DNA of 63,498 bases, counting the filler, from Octopus bimaculoides (Eukaryota), in the NCBI RefSeq assembly GCF_001194135.2. It is 4 parts of 4 records of this genome, joined end to end, with 100 filler letters (N's around TTAATTAATTAA, not from the genome) between each part and the next. Parts side by side here need not be neighbours in the genome. Positions count along the whole stretch, not along the records: positions 21,150 to 43,271 come from NC_068982.1; 3 more parts are not named here. One strand, given 5' to 3'. The notes beneath the pieces were generated by a model. It did no database searches and was not told the DNA's origin. It saw only the letters and a list, made by a program, of their open reading frames with translations. Each line of letters starts with the position of its first letter. Position 1 is the stretch's first letter. The position numbers and the translations under genes were made by a program. Shown piece after piece: positions 24,961-35,945 of this stretch.

Positions 24961-26317
24961 TTTGCTCCTTCATAAGCAGCCATCCAACTTATTAACCATC
25001 CACGAACTCACAGCTTAAATAACCACTAAATACAGCGGTGTAACCTTATTGGACACACCAATTTTACATACCAAACACATTTCTGGAAGTTGGTACGTAA
25101 ATATTAATAACGAAATAAGGTGTTCCTACACGTCATAAAGCTCCTAATATGGTCCCAATAGTCAGATGGAGTAAGCGATGCTCGGTATACTGACCCTTTG
25201 AGTCGATTTTGGTAAATGCAACATGGTTACTGCTGTGGATGCTTTGCAGATGTGTATTTCGAACCGTAATGTTTGACGATCGAAGTGATGCTATCTCGGT
25301 AAGAGAGCGTTTATAAGATTGAATCTAAGGTGAATAAATAAATAAAAAATTCATCCTGGTAAACATCGAACATATATGTAAACAGCACACACTCATACAC
25401 ATGAGACAAAGAGCTTAAAATGAGATTAGAAATAAATTTCATTATTTGTATATTTAGAAATACTCGAGAGATTTGTGGTATGAATACACCACAAGATTAA
25501 AGACACACACATAGATACATACACACACATGCATACAAAAGGCGTACGCTAACGCACACACAGACACACACACATATTAACCATACTTGCGTGCATATTT
25601 ATTTACGTATATTTTGATGACTGTGTAGCTTTATATATTGGTGTAAGCATAGTTGAGAACAGTAATGGTGAATGTGTTTTTGTGTGAATGTATGAATATA
25701 TATTAACATATAACTGTCGTACATTCAACCTTATATACATATATTCATGCAGAGACGTAGACGATATCATATACATACACACTCACACAAAGACAGACAA
25801 AGGCACAGACATGCGCGCGCACGCACACATACACACATTAAGTTGTAGGGAAAAGCCGAGTTGCTTTACAAAAATACTGGAAGCACCAACATAGAAGGAC
25901 TACAAAGAAATGTACAGGTAAACAAAACCACAGAACAAACTGACGGGTACAAGTGTAATTTCTTTATCAGTTGTCGACGAGAAATCAGTGGAATTTCGGC
26001 GCTTGGTGGGTACGGTGCCCGCAATACATCTAAGCAGCGAGAGTAACAGACAAGTGCACTTGAAAATCGAACAGACAAGAAAATAAGTGTATGAAACGTA
26101 CAAAAGTTATCAGGATCTTTTGACCAGAACGAGTAATTTCGATGTAAACTATATGAAACAATTGTTCAAGGCACAGGGGGGGAAAAAAGGGTGTGGCCTT
26201 CGCAAAATAGCTTCTCGAGAATGTATCGTTTCCGAGCCTTTTGGGACTAAACATACATACATAACCACATACACTCGCATTTATATAGTAGACATGAACT
26301 GTCCCTCATTCGGTTAT

Positions 26318-26600
26318 GATGACGAGTGCTCTAGTTGACCCGATCAGCGGAACAGCCTGATCGTGAAATTAACATCTAAGTGGCTGAGCACTCCGCAGAC
26401 ACGCGTAGCCTTAGGGAAGATTCGGTGCGACACAGAATGTGACAAGGCTGGCCCCCTTCTAAATACAGGTACAGCTCAATTTTGCTAGCTGAGTAAAACT
26501 GGGACAACGTGAAATAATGTGTCTTGCTCAAAGAGACAACGCGTCGCTGGAAATCGACGTTCGTGAGCCGAATGACCCTAACCACTAAGCCACGTGCCTT
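26318..26600 (-). mobile_element. SINE family C (tRNA-like head; tail shared with the 44745 copy)
   Basis: Sense head gcacgtggcttagtggttagg; shared segment ggagtgctcagccactt...aatttcacga.caggctgttcc. Confidence 0.8.
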
Positions 26601-26606
26601 CACACA

Positions 26607-26668
<62 letters not shown>

Positions 26669-27234
26669 CACATACTGACACATTTATAATACTTGAATAA
26701 CTTGGACGCTTATGGTCAATACGTGTGCGCGCACTTGTTTGTGAAGACGAGATAAATGCTTCAGTTATATTTGCGAGGAATAAAAATTATGGAAAGGTAA
26801 CAGAGTTATATTTATATTTTGAAGAAAAATAAAGAATGCAACTGCTTCTTACGCTTTAGGCTTGTTGAAATGCTCATGACCAGAAATAGAGAAAAATGTT
26901 TAAAGGAAGAAGATATTTATAGACTGCACCTTAATATGGTATTGATCAGCCGTCGAAAACGCTTTGCATTGAGAAAAGAAGGATACAGACAGAGAAAGAG
27001 AGAGAGAGGGGGGAAATGAGGGAGGAAGAGTGGGTTTAAATATTTGATGAAATAAGGAAGCTGTAATGTTTATTGTTTAGTGTTGAGTGGAGTGGGTAAA
27101 TAACATTGAAAACTGTTTTGATAATCTTTGTAGATATGCTTGCTGCAGTAATTTTTTGAATTTTTCTGAAGGTAAACAAGCGAGATATAGAAGTCAAAAA
27201 GTAACGGTTAAACTAGACGAAATATCTTTTAATT

Positions 27235-27675
27235 TTTACTTATTTCAGTCATTAGACTGCAACCATGCTTGGGGAACCGCCTTGAAGGGTTTAGTCCAAT
27301 AAATCGACACCAGGGTAGGGCGTTGGCCGTGAACTTGCTTATTTCTTAAACCTGGTACTTAATCCATCGATTCCTTTTGCCGAACCGTTAACTTGCGAGG
27401 ACGTAAACAAACCAATATCGGTTGTGAAGCGGACATGGTGGTAACAAACGCAACACCAAGACACGCGCGCGCACACACACACACATAAGCACGCACTCAC
27501 ACACATATATAAATGGGCTTCTTCCATTTCCGTTCACCAAATCCACTTTACAAGGCTTCATTTGGCCTAGGACTATTGTAGAAGACATTTGCCCAATGTG
27601 CTGCACAGTGGGATTGAACCCAAAACCACATGGTTAGGAAGCAAGCGTCTCGGCCACACAGTCACGACTGCGCTT
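27235..27675 (-). mobile_element. SINE family B, full length
   Basis: Head tgtgtggccgagacgcttgcttcctaaccatgtggttttgggttcaatcccactg, a ttgggcaaatgtcttc CORE-like box, a CA microsatellite and the family tail. Confidence 0.85.
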
Positions 27676-27990
27676 TTATGGTCAAACTAATTCTGTATAG
27701 AAAGTATATAGTCACTTAATGTTTATATTGCCGCTCATCTAGTTTAATCACTTTCATTCTACTTGTATACTTCGCATAGATAATGTAAAAAATACATAGA
27801 AAAATGTAGCGGTGTAATTTTATCCCTCCGTAGTTACAGGACTATCTACAAAAATTTTCAATGTATTTAATTTTTTTCAGAAGATTTCTGTTATTCTAGT
27901 ATAAACGGCTATAATAGGTGTGAAGTATAAACGGTTACAATTTAAAGTGTTTTGCCTTATTATTACAGTAGCCACCAATATATCGTAAAC

Positions 27991-28619
27991 TAAGTCGTAT
28001 TGAGACTGAAAGATCCTAACAAGTAAGTCGTATTGAGACTGAAAGATTCTGCATTCGTATGTGTGAACGTAGCTTTAAAAGCGTTGCGTTAGAGGTAGAG
28101 ACTGGTCGATAAACAACGCTATAGGTTACTGAACATTATTAATGATTCGAATCATTCGTGTACAACCAACATATTTGATATTTATTTAGGAATATAATAA
28201 AATAATATCTAGCTTCTTGTCGAATATGTCAACCTTCGACAAGCTGCCTATTATTACAATAACGTTTTAGGAAAGACAATTTATTAAAAATAATGATCTC
28301 TTATCGTAACTTAATCGGGAATAGTTTTGTACAGAGAAAATGTCGCATGATCTAAATAAGCTTGTCATTCACTTCGGACGTAAAATCATACATAACAAGG
28401 CATTTCTTAGCAATGATTAAAAAATTCTTCCTAAATCCAACCATAACTACTCAAAATTATTTAATGAAAGTAACATCAAAGCAACGCACAAAAACCTGAA
28501 TGTAGCTGTGCGAATTGTACGCTTGAAAAGTTTTGTCTTCTTCATGGAAAGATTAACAAGTAAGTCGTATTGAGACTGAAAGATCATGTATTCGTATGTG
28601 TGAAAGTAGCTTTAAAAGC
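27991..28619. repeat. 66-bp direct repeats (28017-28082 and 28554-28619) plus a 24-bp partial copy, bracketing a decayed PLE-like fragment
   Basis: taacaagtaagtcgtattgagactgaaagat...gtagctttaaaagc occurs twice. Between them + strand reads KAFLSND*KILPKSNHNYSKLFNESNIK. Confidence 0.7.
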
Positions 28620-29980
28620 TGTTATCTAAATCACAAAATTTTGTAGGCAACTAATAACATATGGAATTATAAGCAAAAAGAAAATGATATTTGGTGTGCC
28701 CATGGTGGTCAACTATTATAGGGGAGACAATCTCTACTAGGCTAAGTTAAGTTGAGGTGGATTTGAAAGTCTGGAATTTACATCAGAGTAAAAAGTTGTA
28801 CGAGGTATGCAAATTCAATATTTTTTTCTACACATTATAAAGTTCTTCAAATTTTGTAGTCGTTGGTTGCCATGCATAGCGCTATTTCATCCCTGCTTAG
28901 AATCGTCAGCACAGCATGATTTGAGACAAATAAATTAGTTAAATTCAGAATATCACGAAGTTAGGCATTTCTTATAGAGAATAAATAGTTTATTGTTTAA
29001 AAGGCATTTTTGATATTTTTAATGTTTTATTGATATTTCAAAACAGTTTTTACTATGCAATATATACAATTAGCAAATATATGCAATATATGAATCAAGA
29101 AATAATTGCCATAGAATAAGAGTTAACACGCTTCTTACGTAATTATTGTGACGGGATGTAAAGACGTTGAGGAATGGAAATGTTCTTATCAAACATGTGA
29201 CTGGAGACACATAGGCTTCCACCTGCCATAAAAAAGCATCCCTTCAGAGAGTTGAATCACTTCGTCTACAATGAATACAGGAATTTCTTGTTTTTCGTTA
29301 ATACGTTTGTATAGTTATCTAATGACTCAGTTATATATGCACGCACGCACATACACACATATATATTGAGGGGATAATTATAATTATGGCTGTTGCTACA
29401 TTAGCACATTGTGCAGTATCCTAGCTAGTGTAGTATTCCAAAATCAAAAGGAAATCCGTAAGATTTCTATTGATATAAAAAGGGAGCACTACACAATGAT
29501 GTAAGCTTTGCTTGGCCAAAAGAGCAAGAATCCTGTAAATTTCACCTGACCCGAAGACCTTTTTAAACTCAAAAAAGATTTGTTTAGTTGGTGCCCTCAT
29601 CAAATGAAATTCATGTTGAAAGCATGGAATTTCCCATTTACCAACTAAGTAACTGCTGCCATCTTCAGCAGGCCCGTCGTAGGCATAAGTGGAACCGATG
29701 TAAGGGGGGATAAGTCCGTCTGCCCGCCCAAGGTTTTTTTAGCACATTTCATTACGGAATTTTTTTTGTTTACAAAATTAACAAGTTTTCCTCTCCCCAG
29801 TTGTAGAGCGATTATGCGATTATGCGATTATGCGCCTCCGGCCTTTTGAGTCGGTTACGTCACCTATACAGCTAAGTGCTTTATATGTGAGAAATTCTCT
29901 GACCGGTCATAACAATCTTCTAAATATTACTACTCTAACTTATTGAGTGTGCTCCTTTTCGGATACACGAACGACTGACC

Positions 29981-29983
<3 letters not shown>

Positions 29984-30077
<94 letters not shown>

Positions 30078-30092
30078 TGTGTGTGTGTGTGT
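29984..30092. repeat. (TG)n microsatellite
   Basis: Direct reading. It is one of many TA/TG/GA/TATC/ATAC arrays in the window. Confidence 0.95.
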
Positions 30093-31039
30093 GTTGTAAG
30101 TCTGTAAGATATAATTCTGAAGGAGTTTGCATATTATTTTTACCAGATCGATTGAACACATAGGGCTCCTTCTTCAGTTGCTTTTGGTGCTTGATATAGT
30201 AGCGACATTAGAGATTTATAACTGAGCCTGGTTGTCTGGCTGGCTGGCTGGCTGGCTGGTTGTTATCGTTGTTGATGATATTACTCTAAGGTTGTACGTA
30301 TTGGTAACAGCAAGCAAACGCTGAAAATGGCGGATTTGTTGTTAAGATGTATGAAATATTTCCAGCACGAGTTGTTTACGAAAGCTATAAAACAAAGAAA
30401 TGAAATTTCGTCTGAGAAATCAATAATAACAAGTCAATTATGCCTTGCTTCGAATGACAATACTTAGCCAAAGTTTTCCACTCACCAACATTGTCATTCG
30501 CTAAAACCGCACCTTCAGCTGGCTAAATCTACTGTTTATTAATTTCGACTATACTTTAATAGTTGTAAACAACTCTAGTTTATTTGTACAAATATTTTTT
30601 TTAAATCTGTTCTTTTCAATCATTTGCTAATATATGTACGTAAATATGTATGTATGTATGTATGTATGTATTATTTAGCTTTATTTCTAAATTTCTTGTT
30701 ATGCTCCTTCATTGAAATTTCTACAACAATAGGGTATTTTGTGTATGTTTGTGTGGATGTGTATAATATTTGGAGTGAGTACATCTACGGATCTGCATTT
30801 TTTGTTCTATTCATTTATACTCATATAAATATATTCAGTTGCACATGTAGACATGTGCATACATGTATGTATTCACATAAATATGTGTTTCTATATATAC
30901 AAATGTACGTATGCATGTAGACAAATAGATAGATAGATAGATAGAAATGAAAAGTAAATTTGCTTTATTTTTCTTTAGTAGTCTTTGGTAGTCTCTCGAA
31001 GTCCGAAATTTGTTTCCAGTGATCAAATATGTGTGCTGT

Positions 31040-31197
31040 GCATCAGGTGCACGATGTACTACATATCAAGAGTCGAAGTGATCGCAGAGCAATGTGTTTT
31101 GCTCAAGAACATAACGTCCCATCCGGTCCAGGAATCGAAACCACGATCACGCAATCGTGAGTGCAACCCTCTAACCACAGGGCCATGCGCCCTCCAA
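31040..31197 (-). mobile_element. tRNA-derived SINE 5' part (family C-like)
   Basis: Sense ggagggcgcatggccctgtggttagagg...ggtttcgattcctggaccgg...ttcttgagcaaaacac. Confidence 0.7.
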
Positions 31198-32718
31198 ATA
31201 GAGCTATATATACATATATTATGCGTATGTGTGTGTATGTGTAACTGGATGCCCGACGGTTTTGATAATGAAGTTTTCATTTTTCGACCACTTAAGTGGG
31301 GTTAGATATTATCTATTGTTTTATCATAATACTGATTTTAGTTAGTGACTGTGGATATTTTGGGCACAGTCTACAAGAGTACCGTATATGCCGGCATATA
31401 AAACGAGTATTTTCTTTTATTCTTCAATGTAACATAAGGTAGCCATGCGACAGTATTAGGGAGAGAAATATCGACTGAATATGTGTAAGAATGTAACAAT
31501 AAATTTGCTTTTTGTTCCCCCCCCCCCAAAAAAAAAATATACTTGTTTTCCACAAAAACGTAGGTGTTTGTCTTATGGGAGAGTGTCTTATTCACCGGCA
31601 AATACGGTATATCGATTTTATCGATCCTCGTAGTTAATTCATCGACTGTACTTATTTTTACTGCGGTTGGTCAAAGCAACTCTGGAGCGTCCAGTTAGAC
31701 ACACAGCTAACCAGCATGGACAGGTAGCCGGCAACAGCCATACGAAAAACCCATTTTATCGATCACAAGATATTGTGTCCAGTGCTCTACCGAATCTCTC
31801 ATCTATCTGCCTTATACTGACAATATAGAGAAAAATAAATCATCGTGAATTTCTAACATAGGAGCAAGTATATATATTTCAGGCGGAAGCAAACAGTTGA
31901 TTATCTCGATTCCAGTATTATTTGGTATATACTTCATCGACCATAGAAAGGTAAAAAGGAAAAGTAGACGTCATCTGGATTTGAACGCAGAAGGTAAAGA
32001 GAATAATTAAATCCCATAATATAACATTCTATTCGTTACTTTTCCGTTTCTAACACTCTTCTACTATTTAAAGATTTCCTTATTTACAAAACGATTCGAT
32101 GAATAAATATAAATCGATTGTCACTTAAATTGTATCCGTAACTTCGTAAAATCGTTACGTTTTAGGTTTATTAATTTTTTTCCTTTTTTACGACATTTTG
32201 AACGATGCGTAAAATTAACTTAAACATTGGCTCTTTTTACTAACTCGGATAAATATTTCGTCCAGAAATTACTTTAGCGTTCAGCATTCAATTTATTAGG
32301 ACTCTAAAGAAGAAATTTCTCTTTGTAAATATTCATCCATTGATTGTATGTCATTTTGGAAGAAGAAAAAAAATCTCCTTGAGCCTAACCTAACTTTAAT
32401 TCCTATCGATCTTCAGAGAAGCTGACAAATTCATTTTTAACTATTAAATAGTTTCTCTTTCTATCGGTACAAATAATTATTGTGGTTTAATTTAACTTTG
32501 ATCAGATTCTTTACAAGTTTCTTTATTGAAATACAATGCATAGCATACCATGATCTGATAGAGCTTTTCTTTTCTTTTATTATTATTCTTTCATCCGCCG
32601 TTTTCTTTTTTTTCAGTTAGCTTCTTTTTTTTTTACATACAAAGCATCCATCATATAAAATTTGTAAAATTTGTATCGCGTATTATTCGTCCAAATATTT
32701 TCTTCACTAAGTTCTCAG

Positions 32719-32751
32719 GCATCTAGAGCCAATGCAAGTTGTATTATTCAG
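32719..32751 (+). other. Candidate 33-nt microexon
   Basis: Acceptor ttttcttcactaagttctcAG and donor CAG|GTAAGT. Length is a multiple of 3 and two frames are open. Confidence 0.25.
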
Positions 32752-32914
32752 GTAAGTTTTAGAATAACAGCTACATCAATGCCAAACAAACTGAATTGTT
32801 ATCTTCACACTGACGTCATAACGTCTCATTTGAATGTTAAACGTTTAGTGAAGGATGTGTAAATAATTGCGTTTAAGGTTGTTTCGAACATTGAAATGAA
32901 AGTTAATGAATTCC

Positions 32915-33023
32915 ATACTACTACTACTGCTACTACTACTACTACTGCTACTACTACTACTACTACTACTACTGCTACTGCTGCTGCTGCTACTACTGCT
33001 ACTACGACTATGACTACGACGAC

Positions 33024-33064
<41 letters not shown>
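32915..33064. repeat. Compound (ACT)n/(GCT)n/(ACG)n/(AAT)n microsatellite
   Basis: Direct reading. Confidence 0.95.
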
Positions 33065-33067
<3 letters not shown>

Positions 33068-33838
33068 GCCCGGATATAGTACCAGGCAGTGGCTCTCATG
33101 GCTTCTGATCTTAATTGATTGGAATTGTTATCATGTACATTGTTTTGTCTTGGTATAAAATATGGGCTACAGCAAATATTCTGCTCAATACCACAGATTT
33201 GCTTGTAAGTTGTTTGACCTTAACCAGTTGAGCATGTCCCTTGGTGGCTGACGATATGTGCATCTCTGATCACGAGCAGAAGTAGTGGGGGAGCATCATA
33301 GCCATGTGTTGAGAGGTAGTCTTTGGGGTTTGAATNNNNNNNNNNNNNNNNNNNNNNNNNNNNNNNNNNNNNNNNNNNNNNNNNNNNNNNNNNNNNNNNN
33401 NNNNNNNNNNNNNNNNNNNNNNNNNNNNNNNNNNNNNNNNNNNNNNNNNNNNNNNNNNNNNNNNNNNNNNNNNNNNNNNNNNNNNNNNNNNNNNNNNNNN
33501 NNNNNNNNNNNNNNNNNNNNNNNNNNNNNNNNNNNNNNNNNNNNNNNNNNNNNNNNNNNNNNNNNNNNNNNNNNNNNNNNNNNNNNNNNNNNNNNNNNNN
33601 NNNNTACTCAGGGACCTTTTGAGCAGAATGGGCTACTCGACCTGAAGAAATTCTAACTGGGCTCCACCTGCAAGGTCATGCGCTGTTTATCTTGATATGA
33701 GATCACCATGTCGCGCACATATGGTTGTGATGCATGTGCCTGGTGTACCCTTATCAGACGGGTAGTCATGATGGATATAATGGGCTTCGTATATTTTACC
33801 CTAGTGTCACTTTGATGGCATGCACTGCTCTCTCACTC

Positions 33839-33840
<2 letters not shown>
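33065..33840 (+). mobile_element. Non-coding dispersed element D flanked by (AAT)n on both sides
   Basis: Starts AAATGCCC.. after (AAT)n and ends ...gcatgcactgctctctcactc(AAT)n. Homologues at 38452-38535 (+) and 42500-42970 (-). Confidence 0.75.
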
Positions 33841-33925
<85 letters not shown>

Positions 33926-33927
<2 letters not shown>

Positions 33928-34140
33928 GCCTTTCTACTAGAGGCACAAGCCTAAAACTTTGGGGGAGGTGGCTAGTCGATTACATCGACTCCAGTACGAA
34001 CTGGTACTTATTTCATCGACCCCGAAAGGATGAAAGGCAAATCGACCTCGGCAGAATTTGAACTCAGAACGTAAAGACGGACGAAATGCCGCTAAGCATT
34101 TCGTTCGGTATGCTAACGATTCTACCAGCTCGCCACCTTA
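33926..34140 (-). mobile_element. SINE family A, full length
   Basis: Same head, centre and tail as the 21255 copy; CpGs intact. Confidence 0.88.
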
Positions 34141-34169
34141 AACAACAATAACAACAACAATAATAGAAA

Positions 34170-34215
34170 TAATCTTTTCTCTATTGGTCACAAGAGCCGA
34201 ACACAAAATAAAAAG
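34170..34215 (-). mobile_element. Tx1-like LINE extreme 3' tip
   Basis: ctctattggtcacaagagccgaacacaaaataaaa matches ctctattggcctcaagacccgagcacaagacaaaa at ~35950, which ends the Tx1 3' UTR. Confidence 0.65.
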
Positions 34216-34490
34216 TAATTGGTTCGTTGGGAATGATAAAGAAGGGATCTGATAAGTATATTAAGCAACACCTTGATAACTCCAATCTCCGTGAACTACA
34301 AAAGATAACCTTTATGGGTACAGCCCATATACTCCGGAAAGCACCCTCCATCTAAAATGGAATAAATGTGGTGATGATTTTAGCATACATAGCAAAACAA
34401 AAGTGCCCTTGCTACTCTTGGCCTCCGGAGGATGCCCGGTACTAAGGCAATGAAATAAATTTATAATGAAAGGAAACCATAAATGATAAT
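34212..34490 (+). mobile_element. R4/Dong 3' end with (AAT)n tail
   Basis: Reads VIGSLGMIKKG...LRELQKITFMGTAHILRKAPSI*, the typical R4/Dong C-terminus. Confidence 0.8.
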
Positions 34491-34509
34491 AATAATAATA
34501 ATAATAATT

Positions 34510-35945
34510 AATTCGTTTTATTGGCCACAAGGGCTAATATCAATTAAAGACATATAAGGACAAAGGCAGGACGAAGGTTACAAAAGGTTTTGTCCGAAAA
34601 GGTAGGAAAGTTCGTCTAAACAGAGGAAGAAAACGGAGAAAGATATAATAAATAAATAGATAAATAAATAGATAAATAAATAAATAGAACTCCCAAAGGG
34701 GGAGGCGCTTCGAAAAAGGAAAGGTTACACGTGGAAAAACCCATAAAACCACGGGAGCCTGGTCAGAAAAAATAAGAAAGGGGTATAGAGCCCTTTCTCC
34801 TTTTACATTACCTTTTNNNNNNNNNNNNNNNNNNNNNNNNNNNNNNNNNNNNNNNNNNNNNNNNNNNNNNNNNNNNNNNNNNNNNNNNNNNNNNNNNNNN
34901 NNNNNNNNNNNNNNNNNNNNNNNNNNNNNNNNNNNNNNNNNNNNNNNNNNNNNNNNNNNNNNNNNNNNNNNNNNNNNNNNNNNNNNNNNNNNNNNNNNNN
35001 NNNNNNNNNNNNNNNNNNNNNNNNNNNNNNNNNNNNNNNNNNNNNNNNNNNNNNNNNNNNNNNNNNNNNNNNNNNNNNNNNNNNNNNNNNNNNNNNNNNN
35101 NNNNNNNNNNNNNNNNNNNNNNNNNNNNNNNNNNNNNNNNNNNNNNNNNNNNNNNNNNNNNNNNNNNNNNNNNNNNNNNNNNNNNNNNNNNNNNNNNNNN
35201 NNNNNNNNNNNNNNNNNNNNNNNNNNNNNNNNNNNNNNNNNNNNNNNNNNNNNNNNNNNNNNNNNNNNNNNNNNNNNNNNNNNNNNNNNNNNNNNNNNNN
35301 NNNNNNNNNNNNNNNNNNNNNNNNNNNNNNNNNNNNNNNNNNNNNNNNNNNNNNNNNNNNNNNNNNNNNNNNNNNNNNNNNNNNNNNNNNNNNNNNNNNN
35401 NNNNNNNNNNNNNNNNNNNNNNNNNNNNNNNNNNNNNNNNNNNNNNNNNNNNNNNNNNNNNNNNNNNNNNNNNNNNNNNNNNNNNNNNNNNNNNNNNNNN
35501 NNNNNNNNNNNNNNNNNNNNNNNNNNNNNNNNNNNNNNNNNNNNNNNNNNNNNNNNNNNNNNNNNNNNNNNNNNNNNNNNNNNNNNNNNNNNNNNNNNNN
35601 NNNNNNNNNNNNNNNNNNNNNNNNNNNNNNNNATAGAACGCTAGAGTGGAGCTACTACCGATCGCACTGCCCGCCTGACTGAGGGCGGTGAGAGCTTGGC
35701 GGCACTCGAGGTGCCAAGCGCCCTTTCTCGGTCTACGTTTGATCCAGGATTGCAGCTCTGTTAAAGAAACGAGCTGCGGAAAATCGCGTCTGACGAAAGG
35801 CGACCACACCTGTTCACCGTCCAGGAAGCGCCTGAGATGTCGTAGCCTGAGCGCATGTTTGCGCATCAGCAACCACGGCATGCCAAGGCCTCCGTTCAGC
35901 GGCTGTTGACAGCAGATGGAGCGCCTGACCAGTGGTACCTGACCC
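34510..35945 (-). mobile_element. 5'-truncated Tx1/L1-clade LINE, copy 2 (largely gap)
   Basis: Reads MPWLLMRKHALRLRHLRRFLDGEQVWSPFVRRDFPQL, homologous to 36940-37100. The 3' end is CCTTGTGGCCAATAAAACGAATTA(ATT)n. Confidence 0.8.

Noticed and set aside
25850-26320. CpG-rich unique stretch as a possible promoter or first exon
   Set aside because: The whole middle domain retains CpG, and no diagnostic motif supports the call.
26560-26600. tRNA-like sequences (also ~31150, ~43660, ~45050 and SINE A heads)
   Set aside because: They carry only A/B-box-like segments and continue into SINE bodies; no full cloverleaf.
29808-29835. (GCGATTAT)x3 tandem
   Set aside because: Short slippage repeat with no supporting context.
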